Shown piece after piece: positions 62,901 to 64,000 of a DNA stretch of 64,000 bases. The notes under the pieces are model-generated. The model was not told the origin of the DNA. It was given only the letters and a program-made list of their open reading frames with translations, and searched no databases. The number at the start of each line of letters is the position of its first letter. Positions within the stretch are counted from its first letter, which is position 1. Origin of the DNA: Candidatus Poriferihabitaceae bacterium (GTDB lineage Bacteria > Pseudomonadota > Gammaproteobacteria > Arenicellales > Poriferihabitantaceae); NCBI GenBank assembly GCA_965261915.1, contig CBDHDW010000013.1, forward strand, positions 1,209,813-1,273,812, read 5' to 3'. A program made the position numbers and the translations under genes.

Positions 62901-63224
62901 TTATTTTTTCACCCACTTCCCGTTCACTTTCACAAAATTACCGGATTTGGTTAAATCAATCGCCTTCTTTCCAGCGAGCGATTCTACTGCATTAACGGAT
63001 GTTCCGTTTTGTTTTGCGATTTTCTCATATTGTACTTTTCTCTGGCCGTTAATATTTTTCACCAGCTTGTTGACTGCACCATTCGGAGATTTGACGGCTT
63101 CGAGATACCCGCTTGGAGTTTCACCGACTAATCCGGAGTTTTTTGCTTCAGTCAGGTCTAGTGCCCAGGCAGTCTGGATTAATAAAACACAACAACTAAA
63201 CAGGGTGAGTAATATTTTTTTCAT
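62901..63224 (-). CDS. ydbL: YdbL-family (DUF1318) periplasmic protein
   Basis: Signal peptide, AK..GLVGE..SGYL, IN.QR...Y..IA..N, G.W.KK. Confidence 0.85.
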   Translation of the reverse strand: MKKILLTLFSCCVLLIQTAWALDLTEAKNSGLVGETPSGYLEAVKSPNGAVNKLVKNINGQRKVQYEKIAKQNGTSVNAVESLAGKKAIDLTKSGNFVKVNGKWVKK

Positions 63225-63238
63225 CTGAAATTTCCGCA

Positions 63239-63409
63239 TTAAAACAATCCACTTTCTTCTGTAAAGACTTCATCAAGATCCTTATCAACCTTGACATTCA
63301 AATTGATCGTAACCGGTTCTGTTGGTGCGGCTAATTCGACCTTTGGTGTACAGTTGCTCAGAGCGAGACCGCTTAACAAGAATAACGAGATTTTAATCAT
63401 TTGACGCAT
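63239..63409 (-). CDS. ynbE: YnbE-family lipoprotein (56 aa, not in the ORF track)
   Basis: Lipobox-like LALSNC, then TPKVELAAPTEPVTINLNVKVDKDLDEVF...LF; lies between ydbH and ydbL. Confidence 0.85.
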   Translation of the reverse strand: MRQMIKISLFLLSGLALSNCTPKVELAAPTEPVTINLNVKVDKDLDEVFTEESGLF

Positions 63410-63527
63410 ATACTAATTTCCCCGATTATTCGATTTGAATTCAATCTGATTTTGTTTAATGTCGATTGTTTGTATCTCAAGGAACGTTTCATTTGATGCT
63501 AGGGTGCCTGGTTCTGCAAAGAGTTTT

Positions 63528-64000
63528 TCAGTTTTTTGTCAATTTCCCATTCAGATTATTGGTGTATTCTAAACTTTCCAACAGCGATAAAATATTTTGT
63601 TCGGTATTAATGTTGAGATGCACAGGCCGATTGTTCTCCAGATTCGGACTTCGCCCTTCAATATGAAAATTAGCCAGAAGTTCCCCATTGTATTGATAAT
63701 CCACCTCCGCTTCCAGAACGTCATAGTTGAAATCAGACAATGCACTTAGCACGGTGTCTGTTAACGGGTTTCGTAGTGATTCAACTACGCCAGGGTCAGG
63801 CTTGTATTGAATAGTACCACCTGAGGATTGATTGTTGAAATGTCCGCCTTGAATCTGAATTCCCTTATCACTGAGCTGCACGGGTAGCACGCCGTCCAGT
63901 TTCCCTGTCGCCGTCAAACCTTCAATTTGCTGCAACTCGACCACTCTTTCGATATCGAGACCGGAAACGTTTAGATTTAACTCGGCAGTTTGAGAATTGG
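63528..64000 (-). CDS. ydbH: YdbH-family (AsmA-like) protein, C-terminal part, runs off the window end
   Basis: ATGKLDGVLPV, GGTIQY, ALSDFNY..L, GRSP...RPVHLNINTEQNILSLLESL; synteny with ynbE-ydbL. Confidence 0.85.
   Translation of the reverse strand, partial: NSQTAELNLNVSGLDIERVVELQQIEGLTATGKLDGVLPVQLSDKGIQIQGGHFNNQSSGGTIQYKPDPGVVESLRNPLTDTVLSALSDFNYDVLEAEVDYQYNGELLANFHIEGRSPNLENNRPVHLNINTEQNILSLLESLEYTNNLNGKLTKN

Overview
A 64-kb window of gammaproteobacterial-type chromosome. Housekeeping genes (typA, cspA-like, ABC-F, leuA, dapA, purL, ETF-QO, argD, fpr, argB, metK, ahcY, ydbH-ynbE-ydbL) alternate with nitrogen/amide catabolic genes (Liv-type ABC transporter, Co-type nitrile hydratase operon, amidase, acetylpolyamine amidohydrolase, HpaB-like monooxygenase, fused IOR). 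The region looks like it is actively eroding. It holds 3 near-identical IS1380 copies, 2 single-ORF IS66 copies (one with an IS1380 nested in its left end), 1 IS630, and 3 copies of a small non-autonomous MITE carrying a REP-like palindrome and a variable 20-bp repeat. A defence island at about 33.5-40.8 kb (type I hsdM, then a PtuA-like ATPase and a PtuB-like HNH nuclease) has been knocked out by these elements. The most distinctive signal is a set of 'hollowed-out' pseudogenes that keep both termini but have lost the middle at short microhomologies, plus many short tandem duplications. Also seen: a secreted-protein gene frameshifted by a C10 tract just after its signal peptide, a DUF1640-like coiled-coil repeat protein, and a SahR-type operator before metK. 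No rRNA, tRNA, CRISPR array or reverse transcriptase was found. All family assignments come from recognising motifs by eye, not from database searches.
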